Assembly (NCBI GenBank): GCA_951406725.2
Contig: OX597823.1
Location: forward strand, 57,040,001-57,104,000
Source: Octopus vulgaris
Lineage: Eukaryota
Reading direction: 5' to 3'
Length of the DNA stretch: 64,000 bases
The position numbers and the translations under genes are program-made. Below the pieces are notes generated by a model that was given only the letters and a program-made list of their open reading frames with translations, did not search any database and was not told where the DNA came from. Numbering within the stretch: the first letter of the stretch is position 1; the number at the start of each line of letters is the position of its first letter. This document shows, in pieces, positions 42,020 to 55,117 of this stretch.

Positions 42020-42369
42020 TGTAGAAAGGATATACTCAAATCAAAGCTGGACAAGAACTTACGTGCCAGACTTGCCTTCTTATAAATAACTGAGACGTGG
42101 GTTGTTACGAAGCGGCAAGAACATGGAATAGTTATGAAGCAAAGAACAATGGAAAAAGCCAGGGAAGGAATATCAATACGAGAAAATATGCGCATTGAGA
42201 TTATTCGAGAACAGAGCAGAGTGAGCGATATGTTTATGGAATACTTAAAGCACAAGTTCCAATAGGGTCGCACATGTCGCAAGGTTCGCAGTCTGGGGTG
42301 AATTAGTGTAGTTGTCGAGTGCTATCTAAAAGATCGGAAGAGGCCACTCAGTAAGCTTCCACAACGAGA

Positions 42370-42370
<1 letters not shown>
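42020..42370 (+). mobile_element. RTE-clade LINE 3' remnant
   Basis: KDILKSKLDKNLRARL..ETWV..QRTMEKAREGISIRENMRIEIIREQSRV..KFQ*GRTCR. Confidence 0.6.
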
Positions 42371-42440
<70 letters not shown>

Positions 42441-42446
<6 letters not shown>

Positions 42447-42708
42447 ATATTTCGGAATGGTCATATTGCCAGTTTAGCCAATAAAAACACATGCACTATA
42501 TATTTGGTGTTATTTTGCTTCAGTGTTATTTTTTTTTTACATTAATCTTAATCTTATTTCGGCCAGAGTTCTTTTGTCACACTCCTGTGACCGCATCAGT
42601 GGTCCTTTGTTTTCTTCTTCCTTATTTGTGTCTCTCCTTACTAACCGTCAGCCATTTTGTATTTCTACTGGCTAAACTGGCAATATGACCATTCCGAAAT
42701 ATAACAAT
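42441..42708. repeat. Perfect 40-bp inverted repeat bracketing a ~190-bp core, between two (TA)n tracts
   Basis: ATTGTTATATTTCGGAATGGTCATATTGCCAGTTTAGCCA (42441-42480) and its exact reverse complement (42669-42708). Confidence 0.95.
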
Positions 42709-42763
42709 ATCTGTTTCAACACACGACTTCACATAAAAATTCTTGCACAACAAATATTTAAAC

Positions 42764-42832
<69 letters not shown>

Positions 42833-43179
42833 TATATACGAGTGCATGTGTATGTATAGACACATGTAATTATTAAAGTGTATAAAACAATGACTCGATT
42901 CATATGGGTTGTTTTAAAATTCTAACTGAAATAATAAAAGTCTTAGTTCTACTCCACTTACAGCTAATTTATATGTTTATTGACTTGGATAACCAATTCC
43001 TAGATTTTTACACCTACGGATTACTGTTACCATTCATCCGGAGTACGCCACTGTAATCGTGATTGGAAATCATCAAAAAATTTGTCCGTGACTCTTCCAC
43101 TTTTTCTCGTCCTCTTTCTTCAACTTCCACTTTTCTCCTTTTGTCGCCACCATTTACACCTACACAGACATTCACACCC

Positions 43180-43399
43180 TCTTGACCGCGTGTGTATATC
43201 GTTGGCGATTTTTTCCTCCGCCTTTCCTTCCTTGGCTCTTTCCTTTTCCTATGTTTTTGACTGACGAAGATCTCTGCTTGAAACGTTAAATCCTCCTCCT
43301 TTCTTTCCTTTCCCGAGCGTCCAATAACACTATACTTGTTCCACGTCCTCGCGTTGTTGTGTTTTCTCTTTGTGTTTTCATGTTTGGATTAACTATATA
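43180..43399 (+). mobile_element. pLTR-like element F1 with hammerhead core CTGACGA at 43261
   Basis: CTGACGA-agatc tct gctt-GAAA-c-GTT-aaa; homologous to 27830-28006. Confidence 0.75.
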
Positions 43400-43912
43400 T
43401 CTCTATATATAAAACTGTAGTTGTGTGAGTGTCTGTCCCCTTCGATTTAGATTCCTAACTACTCCCACATTTTGCGGTGCAGTTTAACCAAATTCTGGTA
43501 TCTTATAGTCGTGATTCATATCGTGCCCGTCTGAGTATTAGCGCGCGTCTACGATGAGTCTACGATTTTAAAAATAATTTAACATCATTTTTTATTCCAT
43601 TTTAATGCATAATTTTTCGTGTGTCGATGGCGGCGGAGTTGGCGTCCACGGTCACACCTGCACCTGTTTGCTTCTCCCCTTTCTTCCCTCCCTCGTGAAG
43701 CTGTGGGGAAGGGAGTGTAAGGAAATCAACGTCGTAAAGCGTTGTCAAGGAGACAAGCGTTCTTTTAGAACAACGACTTCATGGCTTGAAGACACCAAAA
43801 CAGAAATGGCTAAGAAAGCCCGAATTGGCATCTATAAGGGAAGTAACTCTCTAAAAATGCTTATATAGTTATTTCCCTTACAAACCCGAGCAACGCCGGG
43901 CGATACTGCTAG
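43400..43912 (+). mobile_element. Complete non-autonomous Helitron (513 bp)
   Basis: 5' TC terminus after A; subterminal hairpin CCCG agcaacgc CGGG (43885-43900); CTAG 3' end followed by T; no TSD. Confidence 0.85.
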
Positions 43913-44085
43913 TATATATATATATGTATTAGAAAATGAAATGACTCAGGAACAAACGATTATCTTCTGAACTTCATTATTTTAGGACTGTTTCCGCTGT
44001 TTACTGTGCTATATCATTTATTATTTACCGCTCTGTACTCGACTAACACTTCTGCATATCTTTATATACTGATTTGTACACCAGG

Positions 44086-44129
<44 letters not shown>

Positions 44130-44135
<6 letters not shown>

Positions 44136-44510
44136 TAGCAATGATTATAACGATATAGAACATAAAGTCTTGTTCATCCTCAAAATTTATTTCTTATTTT
44201 ACAATTTTACACAGATTACTTTTATGGACTTTATGACCTACACATGCTTCCCGCCGAACCTTAACTGACAAAAAATTAACTCCACTCAGTTCACTTCGAA
44301 ACTAGCCAAATGGATAGACTCTGAAGAAGCTGCACCGTACACAGTGCAAGGTTGCATCTGCAACAGCCTGTAATCTGTGGAGTTGAAACATGTGTAGGTC
44401 ATAAAAACCATAATGATATGCTGTATCAAATTGTAAAATAAGAGTAAATAAATTTTGAGGGTGAACAAGTCCCCATGTGCTATACCGTTATAATTATTGC
44501 TAATATATAC
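44130..44510. mobile_element. Head-to-head pair of pLTR-like 3' ends (F6), ~120-bp diverged inverted arms
   Basis: 44130-44250 vs 44385-44510; the ORF track gives YISNDYNDI..LFILKIYF and YISNNYNGI..LFTLKIYL on opposite strands. Confidence 0.85.
44317..44400 (+). ncRNA. Type I hammerhead motif with large stem II loop
   Basis: gact-CTGAAGA-agct[~49 nt]agtt-GAAA-ca tg tg-TA-ggtc; all core nucleotides present. Confidence 0.7.
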
Positions 44511-44697
44511 TCCAGACAATATTACCGTCCGGTGAACTGAAAACGGAATTACCCATTAAAGGAATTTACAGAGTGACTGACAACTAATAGTAGCCATTAA
44601 AGTTAAGTACTGCTCGATGCGATTAGCCGTAAACTGGTACACAACTGAAAGCCACCACGTTGTCCGCACGGATGATATATCCCTCCAAACTCACATT

Positions 44698-44729
<32 letters not shown>

Positions 44730-45260
44730 TGTATGTATGTATGTATGTATGTATGTATGTATGTATGTGTGAAAGCTATGAACGTACAAAAATGGAAGCC
44801 AGTGTTAATGGCGTATTTAACAAGGGAAAAGTGAATCTCAAAGGACATAGTGGAAGATAGTAGAGTTCCACTGGGCTAACAAAATAACAATAATATCGCT
44901 TATTTATTTTTGTTTAATATACAGAAGTCAAGAGTAGAGATTATGTTTTTCCTGTCTCTTTCAGTTTCCTCTAACATAAACGTTCAGTTATTAGAGTTCG
45001 TTGGCTGTTGTTTTTACATGACTTTGACCTTACGTGCCAAGAGAACCATTGAGTAGCAAGAATATCTGATTTACAATCTGTGAACAAAGAGATACCAAAA
45101 ACACAGACACGGAGAAAGATCTTGTCACTTAAGACAGACTTGGCACCTTTAAGGAGACTGGACGTTGTCAGACTGTTTGGCTTGTTTACAATGAATGGAA
45201 ACAATTTTGTTTTACTCCTGCGTGCTCCTAATATATATATATATATATATATATGTACGC

Positions 45261-45293
<33 letters not shown>

Positions 45294-45511
45294 TGTATGT
45301 ATGTATGTATGTATGTATGTATGTATGTATGTATGTATGTATGTATGTGTGTGTATGTATGTATGTATGTATGTATGTATTAAGTATGTATGCATGTATG
45401 TATTTATGCATGTATGTGTGTATGCATGCATATATGTTTATATGTATGTACGTATGTATGTGTAAGCATGTATGTTTGTATTCATGTATGTTAGTAGATA
45501 TATGTGTTCGC

Positions 45512-45547
<36 letters not shown>

Positions 45548-45808
45548 GTATATATATATGTATATATACATATATATATACATGTATATATATACATGTA
45601 TATATATATATATGAATATATATATATACACATGTATATATATATACATGCATGCATGGACGTTCAATGTGCATATGAATTGTATGTATATGGGTGCGTG
45701 GTACTCGTGTGGGCATATGTATATATATTATATATTATTAAACACATATATATCAGCGTGCCATGTATATATTTATGTCTATACGCACATACATAAATAC
45801 ATATGTAA

Positions 45809-45857
<49 letters not shown>

Positions 45858-46231
45858 TGTATGTATGCCTGCATGTGTGTGTATATATATATATATATAT
45901 ATACACGCATGCACATAAACACACACATACAGGTATACACACTGGGTGACAAAGGCAGAGAGAGGAAGAGAGATGTCGTCTGAATAGTTTTGTATTTACT
46001 TCACTTGTCACGTAATATTTGTTATTGAAGCTAGACCAGGTGATAGTATTGGTGACGGTATGGGTAGCGGGGGTAACCTTGTTGGTGTTGATATTGCTGT
46101 TGGTGTATGTCTACATGTTGGACATTTAATTATCTTATGGTTTCTCGATAAAAAGAATAACCCGTCTCTGTCTGACTATCTACACACACACACAAACATA
46201 CACAAACACAAACACACACGTGTATATATAC

Positions 46232-46275
<44 letters not shown>

Positions 46276-46689
46276 GTGAGTGTGTGTCATGTAATACACA
46301 CAGACACACATTCATGTCTATTATTTAATATATGTTATATACATAATATGTAATATATAACATATAATATATAGATATGTGTGTGTGTGTATGTGTGTAC
46401 ATAATACACACATTCATATCTATTATCATTATTATAAGTGGTTACCGCAGAGTGGTTACCGCGTCGAGAAAAATGCTTAGCGCCGGGGTAGACTTTGCTT
46501 TTATCCTTCCGGGGATCGATAGAAATAAGTAATAATAATAGTGCCAGAAATGGGGATTTGCACCTGGAAACACACGGTACAATCACATAGTCAAAAGTGT
46601 ACTGGGGTCGGAGAAATGTAAGATTTTGTGAAACTTTCCTATTCAAATGGACAATACGTTAGAAAGTAATAGACTGAACAAAAAAATTA

Positions 46690-48050
46690 TAGACAAGGGA
46701 AAGTGAAGTGGTTTACTGATCGCCCCATCATGTCCGTTTGATTCCAGGATTCTAAAGAAAGCCTAGGAAAAGCAAAAGAAATACAGTTCCTTAAAATTTG
46801 TATTTGGAGCATGAGATCAGTAAAGGCCGTGCCTATAACAATTGGTGTGTTGGGAACAGTAAGCAAAAATATTGACAAATGACTGAAGGACATTGGAATA
46901 GAATGCCCGGTAGAGTTCCTACAGAAAGTTTGTCTCATAGGGACAGCAAGGATTATCAGGAGGGTTCTAAGCACTTGAAAGGTAACTGAAAACTTGTGGA
47001 TACCTAAGGTTACAGGTATCCACATGAATCTCTTACAGGTATCCGGTATCCACATGAATCTCACCATGTATAAGACCGAATATGAGCCAAACCATAATAA
47101 TAATAATGATAGACAATATAGCAAGGATTGTCCATTGGACACTTTGCAACTAGTATGGACTTGACAGAGCAAAAATGTGGTACGAACAATAAACCCGAAG
47201 ATATCATCGAAAATGATAATGCAAAGATCCTCTGGTATTTTATGACTTAGTGCGACCATGAGATATAAAATAGGAGCACTCCGTCGGTTGCGACGATGAG
47301 GGTCCCAGCTGATACGATCAACGGAACAGCTTGCTCGTGATATTAACGTGCAAGTGGCTGAGCATTCCATAGACACGTGTACCCTTAACGTAGTTCTCGG
47401 GAAGATTCAGCGTGACACACAGGATGTGACAAGGCTGGCCCCTTGAAATACAGGTACAAGAGAAACAGGAAGAAAGAGTGAGAGAAAGTTGTGGTGAAAG
47501 AGTACAGCAGGGTTCACCACCACCCCCTGCCGGAGCCTCGTGGAGCTTTAGGTGTTTTTCGCTCAATAAACACTCACAATGCCCGGTCTGGGAATCGAAA
47601 CCGCGATCCTCCGACCGCGAGTCCGCTGCCCTAACCACTGGGCCACTGCGCGCGACCATGAGATAGAGAATAGGAAACCAGACATAGTGTTAATTGAGAA
47701 AAAAAGCAAATGATGCTGGATCATAGATATAGCATGCCCAGCTGACAACAAGGTATGCGATAAGGAGGAAAGAAACGTCAGGTTAGCTTGGGCGGTTAAG
47801 CAGTTGTGTGTCGCTGAAAAAGGTGGTAATGGTACTAATAACTATCGGATCCCTGGGAACAGTGAGTAAAATTTTGAGAAGTACATGGAACAAATAGGCG
47901 GCTGCAGTAAAGGGTGGAAAACCTGCAGAAAACAGCACTGCTTGGAACAGGTCGAAAACTCCGTATGGTGCTCGAAAAATAAGGGGTGTTACAGTTGTTC
48001 ACTGGTAGTGAACAGCTCGTACCGTTGAACATCTTAGAAGCTGTGCAAAG
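46690..48050 (+). mobile_element. R4/Dong-like (restriction-like endonuclease) LINE 3' fragments, (AAT)n-associated
   Basis: ENDNAKILW..CDHEIENRKPDIVLIEKKSK*CWIIDIACPADNKV (RLE motif), IGVLGTVSK / IGSLGTVSK and LQKTALLGT; ends at (AAT)n. Confidence 0.8.
47276..47651 (-). mobile_element. SINE family B full length with ~24-bp TSD
   Basis: GCGACCATGAGATA(T/G)A(A/G)AATAGGA at 47252-47275 and 47652-47675. Confidence 0.9.
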
Positions 48051-48052
48051 AC

Positions 48053-48176
<124 letters not shown>

Positions 48177-48641
48177 AAAGATGGGCTACAGCAAATATTC
48201 TGCTCAATACCACAGATTTGCTTGTCAGTTGTTTGACCATAACCAGTTGAGCATGTCACTTAGTGGCTGACGATTTGTACATCTCTGATCACGAGCAGAA
48301 GTAGTGGGGGAGCATCATAGCCATGTGTTGAGAGGGATTCTTTGGGGTTTGAATAATTCACCTCTGGAAACATGCGTGGTTCTTTCAACATCCTTAAACA
48401 ACCCTTATTCAGGGACCGTTTGAGCGGGATGGGCTACTCAACCTGAAGAAAATTCTAACTGGGCCCCACCTGCAAGGTCATGTGCTGTTTATCTTGATAT
48501 GAGATCACCATGTCGCGCACATATGGTTGTGATGCATGTGCCTGGTGTACTCTTATCAGACGGGTAGTCATGATGGGTATATTGGGCTTCGTATATTTTA
48601 CCCCAGTGTCACTTTGATGGCATGAACTGCTCTCTCACTCA
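48177..48641. mobile_element. Putative ~465-bp non-coding insertion within (AAT)n
   Basis: Higher-GC unique block with sharp (AAT)n borders on both sides; no ORF. Confidence 0.4.
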
Positions 48642-48689
48642 ATAATAATAATATTAATAATGTAACATAAAGCGATTATTTTAAGATCT

Positions 48690-49000
48690 TATGTAAAGAC
48701 TGATTACGATATTCAAACAAGACGTCTATATATTATTCTGAACACAGTGTCAAAATAGTGCATCATCGTAGATGCGGCTGTCGGCTGATATGAACGTAGT
48801 GATTACAAAACAGGGGAAAGGCAGAGAAAAATCTCAGGGCGTTTGCAAGGGAAATGCAAAGGATTGTGGAAGGCTTCTGCAAAATTAAACCCATTAGTTT
48901 TTGGTGTCCAACAGACTTGGTAATTTTTCTTAACGAGATCGGTGTAACTATGAGAATTGCATTAATACTGAAAACTGTTCTATTACGAAGAGCAAGGATT
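48690..49000 (+). mobile_element. Decayed R4/Dong-like RLE fragment
   Basis: RRLYIIL..CIIVDAAVG..QRIVEG..KTVLL, parallel to 47680-47970. Confidence 0.45.
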
Positions 49001-49863
49001 TTTGTATATATATTTTCTTAATGTCATATTTACATGTACAATATATTTCGACCATTTTAATGTCCGTTCGTCACCAGATGTCATAAGCTTGGATACAAAC
49101 TTCCAGTCTGTATTCGAACTAGAAATATTTGTATTTCCAAGCTAACTATACACTTAAATAAGCTGAATATTTTACGTTAAATACACATCTATGAATATCA
49201 AACGAGATAAGGGCATTACTACCCTTAAATTACTAATAAAGTTTTCTTGTTAGAATCCACTCCGATAGATACTATGTAAATATCAAGAAAAGAAGAATTA
49301 TTTCTATTAATTTTACCAATGAATTATCATGTAATTTCGAACATGTAGTTGATAACTAGTGATAAGTCTAAAGATGCTGTCAGTTTAATATCTAATGCTT
49401 CCGCTAAACGTATTTCACTTCCTGTCAACCACTTTTAACATTAGAGTTTCCTTATCCAATTAACCACATAAATGTTCGCACTTTATTTTCCACTTCACAC
49501 CAATTTTGTTTTAATATCAATCAAGACACGTCTATCAATAATATCCAATCGGATATAATTGGAAACATATAAATCAATACATACATACATAGATGCATAC
49601 ATACATAATACATACATACATGCATGAATGCATGCATGCATACATACATACATACATACATATATACATACATACATACATGCATATATATATACATACA
49701 TGTACAATGTAAGCTTACTCTCAATATACTTTTACACAACTATTTAATTTTCTTTATATATTGTATGGCTATGGACAATTTCTGAAACATATGTAACTTT
49801 ATGAACAGCATTTAGACGCGGATAAGCAACCATGTGTACACACATACATATATACATACATAT

Positions 49864-49908
<45 letters not shown>

Positions 49909-49979
49909 TATTTATATATATATAGATGTATATATGTATGTATATATATATATATTTATACACACATGTTCATTTATGT

Positions 49980-50028
<49 letters not shown>

Positions 50029-50099
50029 CACATATATATATATACATATACATAAATACATCCATGTATATATGCATATATATATATACATACATCCAT

Positions 50100-50136
<37 letters not shown>

Positions 50137-50410
50137 TACATACATGTATATTAGTATGTATAGCAGTATGTATGTTTGACCCACATTAACGCATGCACAT
50201 ACATGCATATATATGGATATGTGTACACACACGACACACACAGAAATATAAGTAGGTATGTATATAAGATATGTATATATGTGTGTGTGTGTGAGTGTTT
50301 GTGTCTGTTTGTGTGTATGTGTATATGTCTATGTCCATATTACTGTGCAATCATAAATATTCATTCATTAATGCTTGCAATATGACCCTGACTACCATAC
50401 TTATAATAGT

Positions 50411-50466
<56 letters not shown>

Positions 50467-50937
50467 TAATAATAATAATAACAACAACAACAACAACAGC
50501 AGCAGCAGTAATAGCAACAACAACAGGAACATGTTTATTAAATATGACGAAAACGAGCTTTCAGGAACTCATCGTCGACTTTCAATATTTGATAGCTTCG
50601 AATTCGAATTGCATACGATAAGAAGTAGCAGCTGTAAAGAGCTTATAAAATCAAATTTGATAAATTAATGGACTATATATTATATCTGTGTTTCAACGCC
50701 ATAACTTTCTATACCAATCTGCTGGCTGAAAACGTTTAGCAATAACGCTGTTATCCAATTGAAAAACTGAATTAATATGGCGCACGAAGTTTTAGCAATC
50801 AAAATCTGAAGTGGTGTGTCATATTTTGTGGCATCCATTTATTCTCGCCCATTAATAGTGGGTGGATGAAGCCTGGTACTATAGAGAAACCAATTAAATT
50901 TTCTTTCGAGACATCATCACCTCCATCACCATCAATC

Positions 50938-51017
<80 letters not shown>

Positions 51018-51766
51018 TCTAAGCTGTTGTTATCATTATGTATCTTCTGTCATACGGCTTGACGTGAGTTTGGAGAAATATTTAAAGCTTCAATCGAGAA
51101 GTGATATCAATTAGACTTACTTTTATGTGTTTTGTTTTTCGGCAGATTGCGTTAACTAAGTCAGAATAAGAGCACTGGGTGAGATTGTTACAGCTTAATG
51201 CATTACTTGTATATATATATAGATATGTGAACGTATGTATGTGTTTGCTTATATGTAACCATAGATATATATAAATGTACGTATGCATATATGTATAAAT
51301 ATACGTACACACTTACACACACATGTACATAAGCGCCGAGTTGACGGAATCACTTACAGCAGAGAATAAAGGTTCTATATGGCACTTCTTCCGGCCTTAA
51401 GTTCTGAGATCAGATGTCACCGATGTTGACTTCGCTGAGGTTGATGAAATAAGAACAAAGCTGCGAAATTGGGCCGATGTATTCGATTAGCGCGCGTCCC
51501 CCCAACACGCACAAATATTTCAGACCTCGTGCGTATACTAGAATGTGCATATGTGTACATGCGTAAGTGTGTGTGTATATCAATAATAAATTCCTGAAAA
51601 ACCTGTGATTATATATAAATGCAGGCGTTGCAGTGTGGTAAGAAGTTTGCTTCCTATCCACGCAGTTGCTGGCTCACTCACTTGGACAAGTGTCGTGAGT
51701 GGACCAAAGCATTTGTCTAGCGATTTGGTCGACTGAAACTGAACGAATGCTGTTGACTATATAATG

Positions 51767-51849
<83 letters not shown>

Positions 51850-52221
51850 AAGAAGAAGAAGAATATCTTACATCCCAAGTGAAGCCAAGAAAGTAGTGCG
51901 CTGACTCTGTCTGTCTCTCTGTCTCTGTCTCTCTGCCTGTCTGTCTATCTACAATAATAATAATACCCAAGGCACACAGAGTTGCGCTCGGTAGTGAAGT
52001 GAAAGCATGCTATAAAATTAAAACTATTGAATAATAATAATATGATAATAATAACAACAACAACAACAACAATAATAATCATAATAATAATAATAATAAT
52101 AAAAAGAACACAACACGTCGCCCGGTCCAGGAATCGAAATAACGATCTTATGATCATAAGTCCAACGTCCTAACCACCAAGGCAGTGTAAAATTTCTAGG
52201 AAATTCATAAAGAGAGACGCA

Positions 52222-52269
52222 GTCTAACATCTGTTTCAGGGATATGAGTGATATCCCTTCATCAGAGAC
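52222..52269 (-). ncRNA. Type I hammerhead ribozyme, intact core, in a pLTR-like segment (~52185-52517)
   Basis: gtct-CTGATGA-agggatat cactc atatccct-GAAA-ca ga tg-TT-agac. 8-bp stem II, 4-bp stem I, GUU triplet. Confidence 0.85.
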
Positions 52270-52789
52270 GATATGAAAGAGATACATAGAAGGAAACAAT
52301 TGAGTTCAATATCAGAAGTTATTTTGGAAAAGGAGAGATATAGGAAGTTTAGAGGGGAATAAGAGATTAAAAATAAAAATACGTGTTGGATGTTACAGTT
52401 GCAGCTCCATAATCAAAGGAAAATGCTGTGCAACACTACGGCCTTTCTGTAGCACTTACATAGTCTTACCTGCCATTTTGGGTCTTCTGGATACCAAAAC
52501 CTCTCGTATTATTGCTATATATATATATATATATATATATTGTAATCAGTTGGCGACCCACATACAACTTTTTCATCTTATTTTCTATTTTTCTCTTGTT
52601 TCAGTTATTAGATTGCGGCCATACTTGGGCACCGCCTTGAAGGGATTCTAGTCGAAGGAATCGGCACCCAGTACTTGTTTCTATAAGTCTGGTACCTACT
52701 CTATCAGTTACGTTTGCCGAACCGACGAGTTATGTGGAACACCGATTGACAAGCACGGACAAGCACGATCACAAAAAACACACACGAAC

Positions 52790-52867
<78 letters not shown>

Positions 52868-52869
52868 TT

Positions 52870-52968
52870 AGATAGATAAATAGATAGATGGATGGATAGA
52901 TAGATATAGATATATAGATATACATTCATAGACACACACAGGTACATGCATCTCTCTCTCTCTCTCTG

Positions 52969-53005
<37 letters not shown>

Positions 53006-53130
53006 GAGAGAGAGAGATAGATAGATAGATAGTTAGATAGATAAAGATATGCATGTACCTGAGTGTGTCTATGTATGTATATGTATGTATATCTATATAT
53101 CTATATCTATCTATCTATCTATCTATCGAT
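52870..53130. repeat. Inverted duplication centred on (TA)n
   Basis: CATAGACACACACAGGTACATGCAT (52927-52951) vs ATGCATGTACCTGAGTGTGTCTATG (53049-53073), with mirrored (CT)/(AG) and (TAGA)/(TCTA) tracts. Confidence 0.85.
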
Positions 53131-53132
53131 CG

Positions 53133-53165
<33 letters not shown>

Positions 53166-53173
53166 CCTATCTT

Positions 53174-53374
<201 letters not shown>

Positions 53375-53389
53375 AGCAGCAGCAGTTAC

Positions 53390-53724
53390 TAGGGCCTGTC
53401 TCGGAACTTTTGTTGCATCATCCATATTCACCCGAACTTGCACCTTCAGATTTCATTCTATCTTTTGAAATTCATTGAATGGACAGGTTTTCACCTATGA
53501 AGAGGATATAAAAAATCACTTGCAGGTGAATATTTACACCCTCTTCAGTGTTCAAGGAGCTTTTCGTCAGTAAAAACAGGAAATTCTTAGAGCATGGAAT
53601 TTAGACGCCCGCAAGATGGCACAAGATACTGGAACGAAACGCTAATTATGACATCTGATTTCTGTTTAAAACGTGCGCCTTTCTTTCGCTTAAAACACCG
53701 AACGGACATTTTGAGTAACCTAGT
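53390..53724 (+). mobile_element. Decayed mariner 3' remnant
   Basis: HHPYSPELAPSDF; terminus CGGACATTTTGAGTAACCTAG-TA. Confidence 0.7.
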
Positions 53725-53825
53725 ATATCTACTCGACAACACATGTATGGAAATACTTGACTGTTGATTATGAAACATAGGTGAGCGTTAAAAAATTTGT
53801 ACGATATGTAATATACACTTTAATA

Positions 53826-55117
53826 CGAGGGGCGTTCAATAAGTAATGCCCCTGACCCACTTCCCATAGCAGTAGAGCAACGAAACTTGGCATAGTTATT
53901 AGTCTTTTTCTACATAGGAACCACCCAGAGTTACGCATTTCTCGCATTGTTTGATGCAGCTCTGGAGACCGTTTTTGTAGAAGACCCCAGCTTGGTCCTC
54001 CAACCTGAACGTGACTTCAGAAATCAAGGCTGCATCATCTGGGAAACGCTTTCCTTTCAAAAACAACTTCATGACTGGGAAGAGGTGAAAATCAGAGGGT
54101 GCAAGGTCAGGAAAGTAGGGGGATGGGGGAGGAGTTCATAGCCATACGCCTGTGCTTCTGATCTGGCGACAAGCGTGTTGTGGACCGGAGCGTTGTCCTG
54201 CAGGAGGAGGATGCCTTTGCTGATCTTGCCCCGCCTCTTGATTTTGATAACTTCTCTTAATTTCCTCAAAAGTGAAGCATAATAGGCTCCTGCAATTGTG
54301 GTACCCTTTGCCAAGAAATCTAACATCACTACTCCGTCCTGGTCCCAGAAGACTGTGAGCATGACCTTGCCAGCGGAGGGCTGCACCCTTGCCTTCTTTG
54401 GAGGGGGTGAGTCACGGTGCTTCCACTGCATTGACTGGGCTTTGGTCTCTGGATCATCGTGATGGACCCAGGTTTCATCCTGTGTAATCAGTCTTTTGAA
54501 AAATTTTGACTCATCTTCTTGGCACATCTCCAAATTCACCCTCGAGCACTCGACGCGTTCTTGCTTCTGGAAAGGCGTGAGCAACCTGGGAATCCATCTG
54601 GCAGACACCTTTTGCATATGCAAATGGTCATGAATGATAGTTTCCACAGACCCGGTACTAATCTTGACCTCATGGGCTATTTGGCGAATAATTATGCGTC
54701 GATCTTCCAAAATGGCAGTCTCAACTTGACGGACAGATGCCTCATTAATGGCAGAAGGGGGACAACCAGATCTGGGAGCTGTTTCCACAGAGTTCCGACC
54801 ATGTTTGAATTCACGATGCCAGCGTTTTACAAGGTCATATGATGGGGCATCATCACCATATGTTACTTTCATTTCATCAAAAGTCTCCCGTGGTGTGCGT
54901 CCTTTTAAATACAAAAACCGGATCACTGCTCGACACTCAACAGGCTCCATTTCACACTTGACTCGGTTCAAACACCTGTAAATCAGAAACCACAATTAAT
55001 TCAGAGCTGTAATTTCCCACTTCATCTATAGAGATATAAATAATTACACATGCAAAATTTCAGCTAGATCAAACAACTGCAAGTGGGTCAGAGGCATTAC
55101 TTATTGAACGTCCCTCG
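53826..55117 (-). mobile_element. Full-length mariner transposon (1292 bp, ~37-bp TIRs, TA TSD)
   Basis: TA|CGAGGGGCGTTCAATAAGTAATGCCCCTGACCCACTT ... AAGTGGGTCAGAGGCATTACTTATTGAACGTCCCTCG|TA. Confidence 0.97.
53899..54950 (-). pseudogene. Mariner DD34D transposase with a single 1-bp deletion near 54120
   Basis: MEPVECRAVIRFLYLKG (Himar1/irritans-like N-terminus), WIPRLL, QDETW and QDNAP. The shifted frame continues YFPDLAPSDFHLF..GGSYVEKD*; D-34-D spacing. Confidence 0.93.

Noticed and set aside
43950-44060. Hammerhead-like 3' halves (GAAACAGTCCTAA here; GAAACTGTTAATA at ~4760, minus strand)
   Set aside because: No recognisable CUGANGA or stem II partner; too degenerate to call.
54069-54995. 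SETMAR-like host gene
   Set aside because: It is bounded by TIRs and a TA TSD, has no SET domain, and is frameshifted: a free mariner copy.
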